From Thermoanaerobaculia bacterium (GTDB lineage: Bacteria > Acidobacteriota > Thermoanaerobaculia > UBA5066), in contig CAVRAY010000001.1 of the NCBI GenBank assembly GCA_963719225.1, positions 1,888,001 to 1,952,000 of the forward strand: 64,000 nt of DNA, read 5' to 3'. The position numbers were made by a program, and so were the translations under genes. Of the stretch, positions 1 through 8,024 are shown piece by piece (positions within the stretch are counted from its first letter, which is position 1; every line of letters begins with the position of its first letter). Below the pieces are notes generated by a model that was not told where the DNA came from, did no database searches, and saw nothing but the letters and a program-made list of their open reading frames with translations.

Positions 1-2
1 CG

Positions 3-305
3 GTCGGCAAGCTCCCGGCCGATTTCACCGCGGCGATCATGGCTCGCGGCCGGAAGAGGTGGATCTCCTGGCTCGCGCGCATCGGCGTGCTCGCACACGG
101 CGCGATCGTGGCCGTGACGGGATACTCGGTGTTCGTCGCGGGGCTCGAGGGAAATCCGCGCGGTCTGAGCGGAACGGCCTCCGCCCTACTAACGATCAAG
201 CGCGCGGAGAACGGGCCGGTCCTCTTCGCGCTCGCCGCGGCCGGGCTCATCGCGTACGGCCTCTCACTCCTTCTGCTGGCGGCGCACCGCCGGAGGAGTG
301 CCTAG
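3..305 (+). CDS. DUF1206-like membrane protein, C-terminal part (5' truncated by window edge)
   Basis: Frame is open from position 3. Peptide LARIGVLAHGAIV...ALLTI...GPVLFALAAAGLIAYG...AAHRR resembles the DUF1206 repeat. Confidence 0.65.
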   Translation, partial: VGKLPADFTAAIMARGRKRWISWLARIGVLAHGAIVAVTGYSVFVAGLEGNPRGLSGTASALLTIKRAENGPVLFALAAAGLIAYGLSLLLLAAHRRRSA

Positions 306-389
306 AGTCGGGCGGAGAGGACATCGTGCGGGAAGGGCCGGCGACGGTAAAATGGGCGCCGCTTAGCTGACGCCACACGGGAGGATCAA

Positions 390-815
390 ATGCACACTTA
401 TCCGCACCCGCCCTTCAAGATCGGCGGAGGCCACGTCTCACGCGGCTACAGCGCGAGCCACCGTGCCAAGGACATCACGCACCGCAACGATGCGCCGGAC
501 ACCGTATACGCGGTCGAGAGCGGGGACGTTTCGGACGTCCAGCGGGGGCAGCAGCACGGAGACGACAATCCGAACATGGTGATCATCCGCGACTCTCAGG
601 GGTTTCTCACGGTTTACGGACACGTCGATCCTTCCGTCAGAGCCGGGCAGAGCGTCAGTCAAGGGGACGAGATCGGGACCGCCGATCTTTCCGGTACGAG
701 CGACGGGATCCACGTCCATCTGGTCCGCCTCAAGGCGGGGGACGGGACCGTGGACGACGTCCTGGACCATCAGGACAATGCGGTCAACTTTCAGATCACT
801 CTGGGAGCCTGGTAG
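390..815 (+). CDS. M23 family metallopeptidase, stand-alone catalytic domain
   Basis: HxxxD (HRAKD), YGH and HxH (HVH) zinc motifs, V..GQ.V.QGD.IG pattern, GGGAGG RBS before the ATG. Confidence 0.85.
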   Translation: MHTYPHPPFKIGGGHVSRGYSASHRAKDITHRNDAPDTVYAVESGDVSDVQRGQQHGDDNPNMVIIRDSQGFLTVYGHVDPSVRAGQSVSQGDEIGTADLSGTSDGIHVHLVRLKAGDGTVDDVLDHQDNAVNFQITLGAW

Positions 816-831
816 GTGACGTGCGACTCGT

Positions 832-906
832 TGGAGCGGGTGATGGGGATCGAACCCACGACATTCAGCTTGGGAAGCTGACGTTCTACCGCTGAACTAC
901 ACCCGC
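832..906 (-). tRNA. tRNA-Gly (anticodon CCC)
   Basis: Reverse complement GCGGGTGTAGTTCAGCGGTAGAACGTCAGCTTCCCAAGCTGAATGTCGTGGGTTCGATCCCCATCACCCGCTCCA folds as a cloverleaf with GTTCGA T-loop and encoded CCA. Confidence 0.97.
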
Positions 907-955
907 TCGACGGCGAGAGAGGTTGTAGCGCGGCGCGGGCGGAGGCGTCAAGGAG

Positions 956-1405
956 TCAGACGCGACGGTCCTCGAGCCGGATGGCGAAAGCGAGAACGAT
1001 CCACGTGATGGCCGCCGTGAGCGCAGCGAGCCACAGGGGCGCGAGGGCCGACGCGACGCCGACACCCGCCGTCACCCAGATCGTCGCCGCCGTCGTCAGC
1101 CCATGCACCTGTTCCTTGTCCACGAGCTTCAGGATCGTGCCAGCTCCGAGAAAGCCGATGCCGGTGATGATTCCCTGGACCACGCGGCTCACGTCCGCCG
1201 GCGCGAAGCCGGCCTCGACCCCCGCGAGGACGCACAAAGCCGCTCCGACGGCGACGAGGATGTGCGTCCTGAAACCCGCGGCGCTGTGGACCTTCTCGCG
1301 CTGCGCGCCGATGATCCCGCCGAGGAGGGCGGCAGCGAGCAGCCGGCCCGAGGTTGCCGCGAGGTGCGCGGCATCGGGAAAGGCGAGCGGCCCCGCGTCC
1401 GTCAC
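956..1405 (-). CDS. MgtC/SapB family membrane protein
   Basis: RLLAAALLGGIIGAQRE...AGFRTHILV...SRVVQGIITGIGFLGAG...GLTTAATIW signature. Confidence 0.93.
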   Translation of the reverse strand: MTDAGPLAFPDAAHLAATSGRLLAAALLGGIIGAQREKVHSAAGFRTHILVAVGAALCVLAGVEAGFAPADVSRVVQGIITGIGFLGAGTILKLVDKEQVHGLTTAATIWVTAGVGVASALAPLWLAALTAAITWIVLAFAIRLEDRRV

Positions 1406-1452
1406 GCGCCGATCATAGGCGTGGAGCGGTAAGATCGGTCCAGACTCTCAGC

Positions 1453-1869
1453 ATGCTCGCGGTTTTCGTCCTCGCCCAGCTCGCCTCGACGACTCCGGCC
1501 CCGACGCCGGCGGCGTCGCTGGGCGCCGCTTCCACGGCCGTCTCGGCAAAGCCGAGAACTCTCGCGGACGTCGCGCGCGAGCGAAAGCTCGGGAGGAAGG
1601 GCGTACCGGGCGGGACGCTGTCCGTCGCGGGAGCGTCCGGGATGCCGGTCGTCACCGAAACCAGAGATGGCGGCTCCCGTGTCCGTCACGACAACTCGCG
1701 CGTGAGGAACGCTCAGGCGGACGTGCAGGCCGCGCGCCGCGCTTTGGACGATGTCGCCGTGAAGAAGGGGATGACTTCCGAGGATGCGGCGGCCGCTCGC
1801 AAGAAACTGATCGATGCGCGCCAGGAGCTGAACCAGGCGCGGGAAGCCGCCACGCGCTCCAAGCGCTGA
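1453..1869 (+). CDS. Hypothetical exported protein with C-terminal coiled coil
   Basis: Hydrophobic N-terminus MLAVFVLAQLA, Pro/Thr linker, TLADVAR motif, helical C-terminus. Start is uncertain. Confidence 0.55.
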   Translation: MLAVFVLAQLASTTPAPTPAASLGAASTAVSAKPRTLADVARERKLGRKGVPGGTLSVAGASGMPVVTETRDGGSRVRHDNSRVRNAQADVQAARRALDDVAVKKGMTSEDAAAARKKLIDARQELNQAREAATRSKR

Positions 1870-1872
1870 GCC

Positions 1873-2106
1873 TCATCGCTTCAGCGCGAACGCCCCCTTC
1901 AGGATCACGAGGAGCCAGGGTGCGGCATGGAGGACGAGGTCGAACCAGTCGACTGGTTTGACGAGAGTCCCCTTGAAGAGCATCGCGAGCTTCTCGACGA
2001 CGTGCGGCGGACGAAACGGCGCGAGGCCGAGCGTGAGGGCGAGGATGATGGCGATGGGCCAGGGGATCTGATCGAGGAGCTGGCGCATGGAGGGAAGGGT
2101 CGTCAT
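1873..2106 (-). CDS. Small conserved membrane protein (LGLAPF.PPH..EKL.ML..G.L..P.DWFD family)
   Basis: 77 aa, two hydrophobic segments, ATGA overlap with the upstream DinB stop. Confidence 0.75.
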   Translation of the reverse strand: MTTLPSMRQLLDQIPWPIAIILALTLGLAPFRPPHVVEKLAMLFKGTLVKPVDWFDLVLHAAPWLLVILKGAFALKR

Positions 2107-2600
2107 CCGTTGTGCTTCGGCTCGGCGGGAAGCCGGCCTGCGAGAAAGGCGATCTCGTCGAGGTGCCCGCGGTCGTGTTCCCGCCACATCTCGAGGACTT
2201 TTCCGAGCGTGACGGGGCCGACGTTCTCCCAGCTTCCCACCCGGTCCAGGTCGTCCGGTGCGAGGCGCTGGAGGCGTTCGACGTTCGCGGCGCGAAGAAG
2301 GGCGAAGTCCTCGAGCGCGGGACCCGAAGGACGACCGTTGTAGTTGCGCTCGCGCGCGAGGACCGTGCCGTCGATGTCCTTGAGCACGGGATCCGGCTCC
2401 CCGAGCCTGCGGAGGAGCCTTACGCCGTAGCCATCCGCCTCGATGTCGCGAAGATGATGGACGTTCTCGCGTGCCGAGAAGGCATCGGGTGAGGGTCGAT
2501 GGATCTCCTTCTCGGGCGGAAGCCCGGCCATCAGCTCCCTGAGGCGAGCCGGCGTGCGGCGCAGCTCTTCGACGAGTGAGCGGAACTCCTCGCGTTCCAT
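2103..2600 (-). CDS. DinB/YfiT family metal-binding protein
   Basis: FSARENVHHLRD and EHDRGHL histidine motifs; GGAGG RBS upstream of ATG 2600. Confidence 0.85.
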   Translation of the reverse strand: MEREEFRSLVEELRRTPARLRELMAGLPPEKEIHRPSPDAFSARENVHHLRDIEADGYGVRLLRRLGEPDPVLKDIDGTVLARERNYNGRPSGPALEDFALLRAANVERLQRLAPDDLDRVGSWENVGPVTLGKVLEMWREHDRGHLDEIAFLAGRLPAEPKHNG

Positions 2601-2655
2601 GCGCTTCCTCCTCCGATTCGATTCTCGCGCCTCTCCGCGCCTCGGCCAAGCCGTC

Positions 2656-3483
2656 TCAGCGCTCGTCGGCCAGCTTCCGGCACGCCTTGAGGTGGCGGAT
2701 CGCCGCGGCCTTGTTTCCCGCCCGCTCGTAGAGGAGGGCCGCGTTGTAATGAGCGTCCGCCATGCCCGGATCCGAGGAGACGGCGCGCTCGTACGCCTGC
2801 GCGGCCTCTCGCAGGTGGCCCCGGTCCTCGAGGGCCACGCCGAGGTTGAACGCGGCAGCCGCGTGCTTCGGGTTCGAGGTGAGGGCGATGCGGTAGTGCA
2901 CCTCGGCGGCACCGGTCTTTCCCTGCTCGTGGAGGAGCCGGCCGAGGTTCACGTGCGCGTCGGCATGATGCGGCTCGAGCTCGACAGCGCGCCTGTAAGC
3001 GTCGCGGGCGTCGGCGGGGGAGGACGCTTCAACGTCGCAACCCAGGCGGTACCAGTCGTCGGCGCTCAGCCTCCCGCCTTCCTGTCGGGCCGTCTCTGCG
3101 GCGCGCTTCGCGTGCGGGGCCGCCGCGGTGGCGAGGTCGGCGACGGCGAAGTCGAACAGCGTCTGGCCGGATTCGGGGTTCCACGCGGCGGCGCCGTCCT
3201 GCACGACGACGCGCTTGCCGTCGGCCGCGATGCGCACGCCCGTGAGTGGCCGGCCCTCGGGGAGCTGTCCGCGCAGCTTCTTGAGGGCGCGCTTTACCGT
3301 CGCGGCCGGGACCTTCGCGTCCGCGAGACCCTTGGCCGTCCGCAGGAGGACGAGATCGCGAAAGCGGAAGCGGTATGCGCCGTCGAGCTCGCGCTCGATC
3401 TCCAGCACTTCCGCCCAGGCCCGCACCTGTGCGACGGAAACGCCCAGCAGCGACGCGACGTTGGAGGCCGAGTAGCCCTTCAG
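2656..3483 (-). CDS. MerR-like HTH plus tetratricopeptide repeat protein (probable CTG start)
   Basis: Extending the ORF upstream gives KGYSASNVASLLGVSVAQVRAW...YRFRFRDLVLLR (MerR HTH); the C-terminus has TPRs (AHVNLG, AFNLG, AHYNAA). CTG at 3483 overlaps the Ku stop. Confidence 0.8.
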   Translation of the reverse strand: MKGYSASNVASLLGVSVAQVRAWAEVLEIERELDGAYRFRFRDLVLLRTAKGLADAKVPAATVKRALKKLRGQLPEGRPLTGVRIAADGKRVVVQDGAAAWNPESGQTLFDFAVADLATAAAPHAKRAAETARQEGGRLSADDWYRLGCDVEASSPADARDAYRRAVELEPHHADAHVNLGRLLHEQGKTGAAEVHYRIALTSNPKHAAAAFNLGVALEDRGHLREAAQAYERAVSSDPGMADAHYNAALLYERAGNKAAAIRHLKACRKLADER

Positions 3484-4400
3484 CGGCCCTTTTTCCCGTT
3501 TCCGACCGCACGCAGCCTGGGCTTCTCCGCCTGCTCCTCGCGGGCCGCACGCACGGCGGGCTTGCGCTCGGGCTTCGCCGGCGCAGAGGCGGCTTCCTTC
3601 TGGCGTCCCCCGCGTCCGCCGCGCGCCGCGAGGCTCGCCTTGAGCGCTTCCATGAGGTCGATGACCTGGGTCTTCGGCGCCTCGGGCTTCGCCTCGGAGA
3701 TCTCCTGGCCGTCGATCTTCCGCTTGATCAGGTTCTCCACGCGCTCCTTGACCTCGTCCTTGTAGTTCTCGGGGTGGAACTCGTCCGACGCGATCTGGTC
3801 CGTGAGCATGATCGCGAGCTTCAGCTCGGCGTCCTTCACCTCGGCGTCGGGGACCTCCACGTCGGCGAAGGAGCGAATCTCGTCGGCGTAGTTGAGCTGC
3901 TGCATCATGAGCCCGCCCTCGTGGCCCGTGACGGGACGCACCACGACGAGATATTGCTTCCCGCGCGCCGCGTACTTCGCGAGGCCGCAGCGGCCGGTTT
4001 CCGTCATCGCCTTGGCGAGCAGGCGATAGGCCTTGTCGCCGCCCTTGCCGGGAGACAGGTAATAGCCCTTGTCGAAGTACACGGGATCGATCTTCGCGAG
4101 CGGGACGAACTCCGTGATCTCCATGATCTGGTTCGACTGCTCCTCGAGGGCTTTCAGCTCCTCGGGCGTGAAGACGACGTACTGGCCCTTCTCGAACTCG
4201 TAGCCTTTGACGATGTGATCGCGCTCCACCGTAGCGCCGTCCTTGCTGCAGACGAGCTGCTGCTTCACGCGCGCGTGGTCCTCGTCGTGCAGCATGTTGA
4301 ACGAGATGGCGGCCTTCGACTCGCTCGCCGAGAAGAGGTTCACAGGGATCGAAACGAGCCCGAAGGAGATCGTGGCGGTTCCGGTCGGTCGTTGTGCCAT
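3480..4400 (-). CDS. ku: Non-homologous end joining protein Ku
   Basis: ISFGLVSIPVNLF, IVKGYE, IDPVYFDKGYYL, VIDLMEALKASL and a basic C-terminal tail. Confidence 0.96.
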   Translation of the reverse strand: MAQRPTGTATISFGLVSIPVNLFSASESKAAISFNMLHDEDHARVKQQLVCSKDGATVERDHIVKGYEFEKGQYVVFTPEELKALEEQSNQIMEITEFVPLAKIDPVYFDKGYYLSPGKGGDKAYRLLAKAMTETGRCGLAKYAARGKQYLVVVRPVTGHEGGLMMQQLNYADEIRSFADVEVPDAEVKDAELKLAIMLTDQIASDEFHPENYKDEVKERVENLIKRKIDGQEISEAKPEAPKTQVIDLMEALKASLAARGGRGGRQKEAASAPAKPERKPAVRAAREEQAEKPRLRAVGNGKKGR

Positions 4401-4456
4401 GGACCCATTTTACGCTTCTCGGCGCGACAGGTTCTCAACCAGGGCTCATTCGAGGC

Positions 4457-4893
4457 TCAGGGCGGGACGACGACCATCGGCACCGTGCATGTAGCCAGGA
4501 CCTTATGGGTCGTGCCACCGAGGAAGCCGGACAGCCCGCCGCGGCCCGTACGGCCCATGACGACGAGGTCGAAACTCTTCGCGGCCCGGACGATCTCGCG
4601 GCTCGCCCGGCCCGCGGCGAGGCGCGTCTCGGCGGCGCCGAAGCGCGCTGCGATCGCGGCGAGACGCTGGCGTAATGGCTCTTCATCTTGGCGGCTATCG
4701 GGCGCGGCGGCCCTTTGAGAAGGTCCTCCCGTCCTTCTGTGATGGCGGCGCGCACGTCCGAAATCGGCCGGACGTGGAGCAGCGTGAGAGACGCATCCAT
4801 CCGGGCTGCAAGCTTGCGCGCCTCGCGCAGCGAGTTGTGGGAGGCGGAGGAGAAGTCGACGGGGACGAGAATTGAGAACACGGCTCGAGCCAT
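4457..4893 (-). pseudogene. Universal stress protein, frameshifted near 4670
   Basis: N-half ILVPVDFSSAS..LTLLHV is in one frame; C-half FDLVVMGRTGRGGLSGFLGGTTHKVLATCTVPMVVVPP* is in another. The span of 437 nt is one base short of a whole number of codons. Confidence 0.8.
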
Positions 4894-4949
4894 CCCGAAA
4901 ATGCTATCGCGTCGCGGACGGCGCGCGCGTGCGGGCGCGGAATTGACCG

Positions 4950-7637
4950 TCAGGCCGGCGACGCCTCCAGCCGCTTGAAGGCCTCGGTGGCGAGGAGCGC
5001 CACGGCCGCCATCCCTGCCGCGCGAAGCCAGTCCGCTGCGGCGAGGGGCACAGTCTCGAGGACGGTTGAGAGAGGCGGCCACGCGACCGCGATGGCCTGC
5101 AGAAGAAGCCCGCCCGTGAGCGCGAGCCAGAACGGGAGCGCGAGGCTCGATCGCATCCGCCAGAACGGCTTCGTGTCCGAGAGGGTCGCGAACGACTGCG
5201 CGAGGAGCGTGAGGGCGAGCGTCGCCATCACGAGCGTCTGGCCGCGCGGCCCGTCGTGGCGTCCGCCTCCGGCGGTGTAGCTCCACAGGACGACAGCGGC
5301 CACGACGGCGCTCTTCAGGGCAGTCCGGCCGGTCGCCCCCCAGGTCAGGAGTGGCTCTTTAGGGTCGCGTGGAGGGCGCTTCATCACGTCCTGCTCGCCC
5401 GGAACGAGGACGAGCGCGACTGCGGGGAAGATGTGGACGACGAGGTTCAGCCACAGGAGCTGAAGCGGGCTCATGGGCAGCGGCAGGTTCGTAACGACGG
5501 AAACCAGCATGACCAGGATCGTCGCGAGACTGCACAGCAGCAGGAAGTGCACGGCGCGGCGGATGTTCGCGTAGATCTGCCGTCCCTCCGCGACGGCCGC
5601 GGGAAGCGTCGCGTAGTCGCCGCTCGTCACCACGAGGTCGGAGGCTGCGCGCGCGACGTCCGCCGACCCGAGCCCGATCGCGATTCCGATATTCGCTGCC
5701 TTCAGCGCGGGCGCGTCGTTGATGCCGTCTCCCGTCATCGCGACGATGCGGCCGGCCTCGCGGAGCGCGTGGACGATCGAGAGCTTGTCCTCAGGCGTGA
5801 CGCGCGCGAAGACGGCCGTGTTCCTGAGGTCCTCCCACCGGTGCTCCTCGACGTACCGCGCGAGCTCCGCCGAGTCGAGACAGAGGTCCCCGGGGCCGGC
5901 GATCGCTAGCGCGTTCGCCACGGCCATCGCGGTGCCTTTCTGATCCCCCGTGACCATGACGGTGCGGATTCCGGCGTCACGCAGCGCTTCGATGGCGCCA
6001 CGGACGTTCGCGCGCGGCGGGTCGATGAGGCCGACGAGGCCCGACCACGTCAGGGCTTCTTCGGCCGCTTCGGGCGCGCCTTTCGGGTCGAGCCGCCGGT
6101 ACGCGAGCGCGAGAACGCGGTATCCCGATTCCCCGAGCGTGTGCGCGCTCGCGAGGAGGCGTTCGCGCCCGTCGGCGTCGAGCGGCTCTTCGGCCCCACG
6201 CACGAGCGCACTGGTAGCGCGGGCCGCCACGACCTCCGGTGAGCCCTTCACGAATGACCACAGCCGGCCTTCGCCGTCACGCGCGACGACCGCCATGCGC
6301 TTGCGGGCGGACGAGAACCCGAGGGCGCTCACGCGGTGGAAGCCTCCGGCGTCCACCTTTCCCTTGCCCGCGAGCGCGAGGAGAGCGCCCTCGGTCGACG
6401 AGCCGTGAACGTGCCAGCCTTCGTCGTGGGATTCGAGCCGCGCGTCGTTGCAGACGGCGGCGATCTCGAGCAGCCGCCGGAGATCAGGGTCGTCCCCCGG
6501 CGCCACGGGTCGGGCGCCCTCGAGAAATTCCCCGGTCGGCTCGTAGCGCGCGCCCGTGACCTCGAGCTCGCGGCCGGGGAGGACGACCCGCGTCACGCGC
6601 ATGACGTTCTCCGTGAGCGTGCCCGTCTTGTCGGTGCAGATGACCGAGGTGCAGCCGAGCGTCTCGACCGAGGAGAGCCGGCGAACGAGGCTGTCGGCCT
6701 TCGCCATCCGCCTGACGCCGGCCGCGAGCGCGATCGTTGTGACGGCGGGAAGGCCTTCGGGGATCGCCGCGATCGCGAGGATGACGCCCGTTTCGAGCAT
6801 GAGCCAGAAGGGACGGTCGCGCAGGAGGCCGAGAATGGTCACGACGGCCGAGAGCCCGATGGCCAGGAGGGCGAGCCGGCGGCCGAGCTGCTCAGCCTGC
6901 TTCTCGAGAGGCGTCTCCTCGCGGTCCTGGTCGGCAACGAGCTTTCCGATGCGGCCGAGCTCCGTGCGCCCCCGGATGCCGGTCACGACCATACGCCCCC
7001 ATCCGCTCACGACGGTCGTGCCGGCGTAGCCCATCGAGATCCGGTCGGGCAGGGGCGCGGCCGCGTTGACGGGGTCCGGCGACTTCGTAACGGGGACGCT
7101 CTCGCCGGTGAGCGCGGACTCGTCGGCCTGCAAATCGTGCACGGCGGCGATCCTTCCGTCCGCTGCCACGATCTGGCCGCCCGTCAGGACGAGGAGATCT
7201 CCGGGCCGGAGGTCGTCCGCGGGGACCTCCCGTTCGAGGCCTCCGCGCACGACGCGCGCCGTCGGGGCAGAAAGAGTCCGGAGCGCATCGAGGGCTCGCT
7301 CGGCGCGGAAATCGGTAATGAACCCGAAGACGACCGAGAAGACCACGGATGCCGCGATCGCGAGCGAGTCTCCGATATGGCCGAGCGCCAGCATGACGGC
7401 GGCAGCGGTGATCAGGACGAGGATCACTCCGCCCTTGAGCTGGTTCCAGATAATGCGCGCGGGGCCGCGCGAGTCGGTGTCGAGAGAGTCGTCGGACGGC
7501 GTCTTGGGCAGTGCGTCCGGAGAAAGGCCTGTCTCGAGATTCGTCCGAAGTTCTCGGGCGACATCTTCGACGCTTCGGGAATGCCACGCGGGGTCGGGCG
7601 GAGCGCTCACGGACAGAATCGTCTCGGCCTCGGACAT
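4950..7637 (-). CDS. Cation-transporting P-type ATPase (P2A, Ca2+-type)
   Basis: LTGES, AAIPEGLP, DKTGTLT, MVTGD, MTGDGINDAPAL, LQLLWLNLV motifs. Start chosen at MSEAET. Confidence 0.93.
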   Translation of the reverse strand: MSEAETILSVSAPPDPAWHSRSVEDVARELRTNLETGLSPDALPKTPSDDSLDTDSRGPARIIWNQLKGGVILVLITAAAVMLALGHIGDSLAIAASVVFSVVFGFITDFRAERALDALRTLSAPTARVVRGGLEREVPADDLRPGDLLVLTGGQIVAADGRIAAVHDLQADESALTGESVPVTKSPDPVNAAAPLPDRISMGYAGTTVVSGWGRMVVTGIRGRTELGRIGKLVADQDREETPLEKQAEQLGRRLALLAIGLSAVVTILGLLRDRPFWLMLETGVILAIAAIPEGLPAVTTIALAAGVRRMAKADSLVRRLSSVETLGCTSVICTDKTGTLTENVMRVTRVVLPGRELEVTGARYEPTGEFLEGARPVAPGDDPDLRRLLEIAAVCNDARLESHDEGWHVHGSSTEGALLALAGKGKVDAGGFHRVSALGFSSARKRMAVVARDGEGRLWSFVKGSPEVVAARATSALVRGAEEPLDADGRERLLASAHTLGESGYRVLALAYRRLDPKGAPEAAEEALTWSGLVGLIDPPRANVRGAIEALRDAGIRTVMVTGDQKGTAMAVANALAIAGPGDLCLDSAELARYVEEHRWEDLRNTAVFARVTPEDKLSIVHALREAGRIVAMTGDGINDAPALKAANIGIAIGLGSADVARAASDLVVTSGDYATLPAAVAEGRQIYANIRRAVHFLLLCSLATILVMLVSVVTNLPLPMSPLQLLWLNLVVHIFPAVALVLVPGEQDVMKRPPRDPKEPLLTWGATGRTALKSAVVAAVVLWSYTAGGGRHDGPRGQTLVMATLALTLLAQSFATLSDTKPFWRMRSSLALPFWLALTGGLLLQAIAVAWPPLSTVLETVPLAAADWLRAAGMAAVALLATEAFKRLEASPA

Positions 7638-7739
7638 CGCGCAGGTCTCATGCGAACAGCGTAGCGGCCCGCTCAGCGAGCCGAATGACGCATGCGCATC
7701 ATCGACACGCCCCGGCCCGGTTGGGGCATAATGTCGAAG

Positions 7740-8024
7740 ATGCGACTCAGTCTCAAGACAGGGCCGAAGGGGCACCGGCGACCGGCGAGCCTCGACGACC
7801 TCGTTCCCGGGGCATCCGGCATCCTCACCCGGATCGACCTGCCGGAGGCTGACGCGACACGCCTCATGGAGATCGGGTTCCTGCCCGGAGCGCGCATCGT
7901 TGCGGCCCGGAGCGCGCCCGGCGGCGACCCGCGGGTCTTCCGCGTGGATGGCACCGAGTTCGCCCTGAGGCGCGACACGGCGCGGCGCCTTCTCGTCGAG
8001 GTCTCCCGGGAGGGAGCGGCGTGA
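7740..8024 (+). CDS. feoA: Ferrous iron transport protein A
   Basis: RLMEIGFLPG...APGGDP...FALRR motif; overlaps the feoB start. ATG 7731 is an alternative start. Confidence 0.9.
   Translation: MRLSLKTGPKGHRRPASLDDLVPGASGILTRIDLPEADATRLMEIGFLPGARIVAARSAPGGDPRVFRVDGTEFALRRDTARRLLVEVSREGAA
7741..7755. promoter_or_regulatory. Putative Fur-type operator at the feoA start
   Basis: 7-1-7 inverted repeat TGCGACT-C-AGTCTCA (one mismatch) just downstream of a CATAAT -10 box at 7727-7732, in front of iron uptake genes. Confidence 0.55.
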
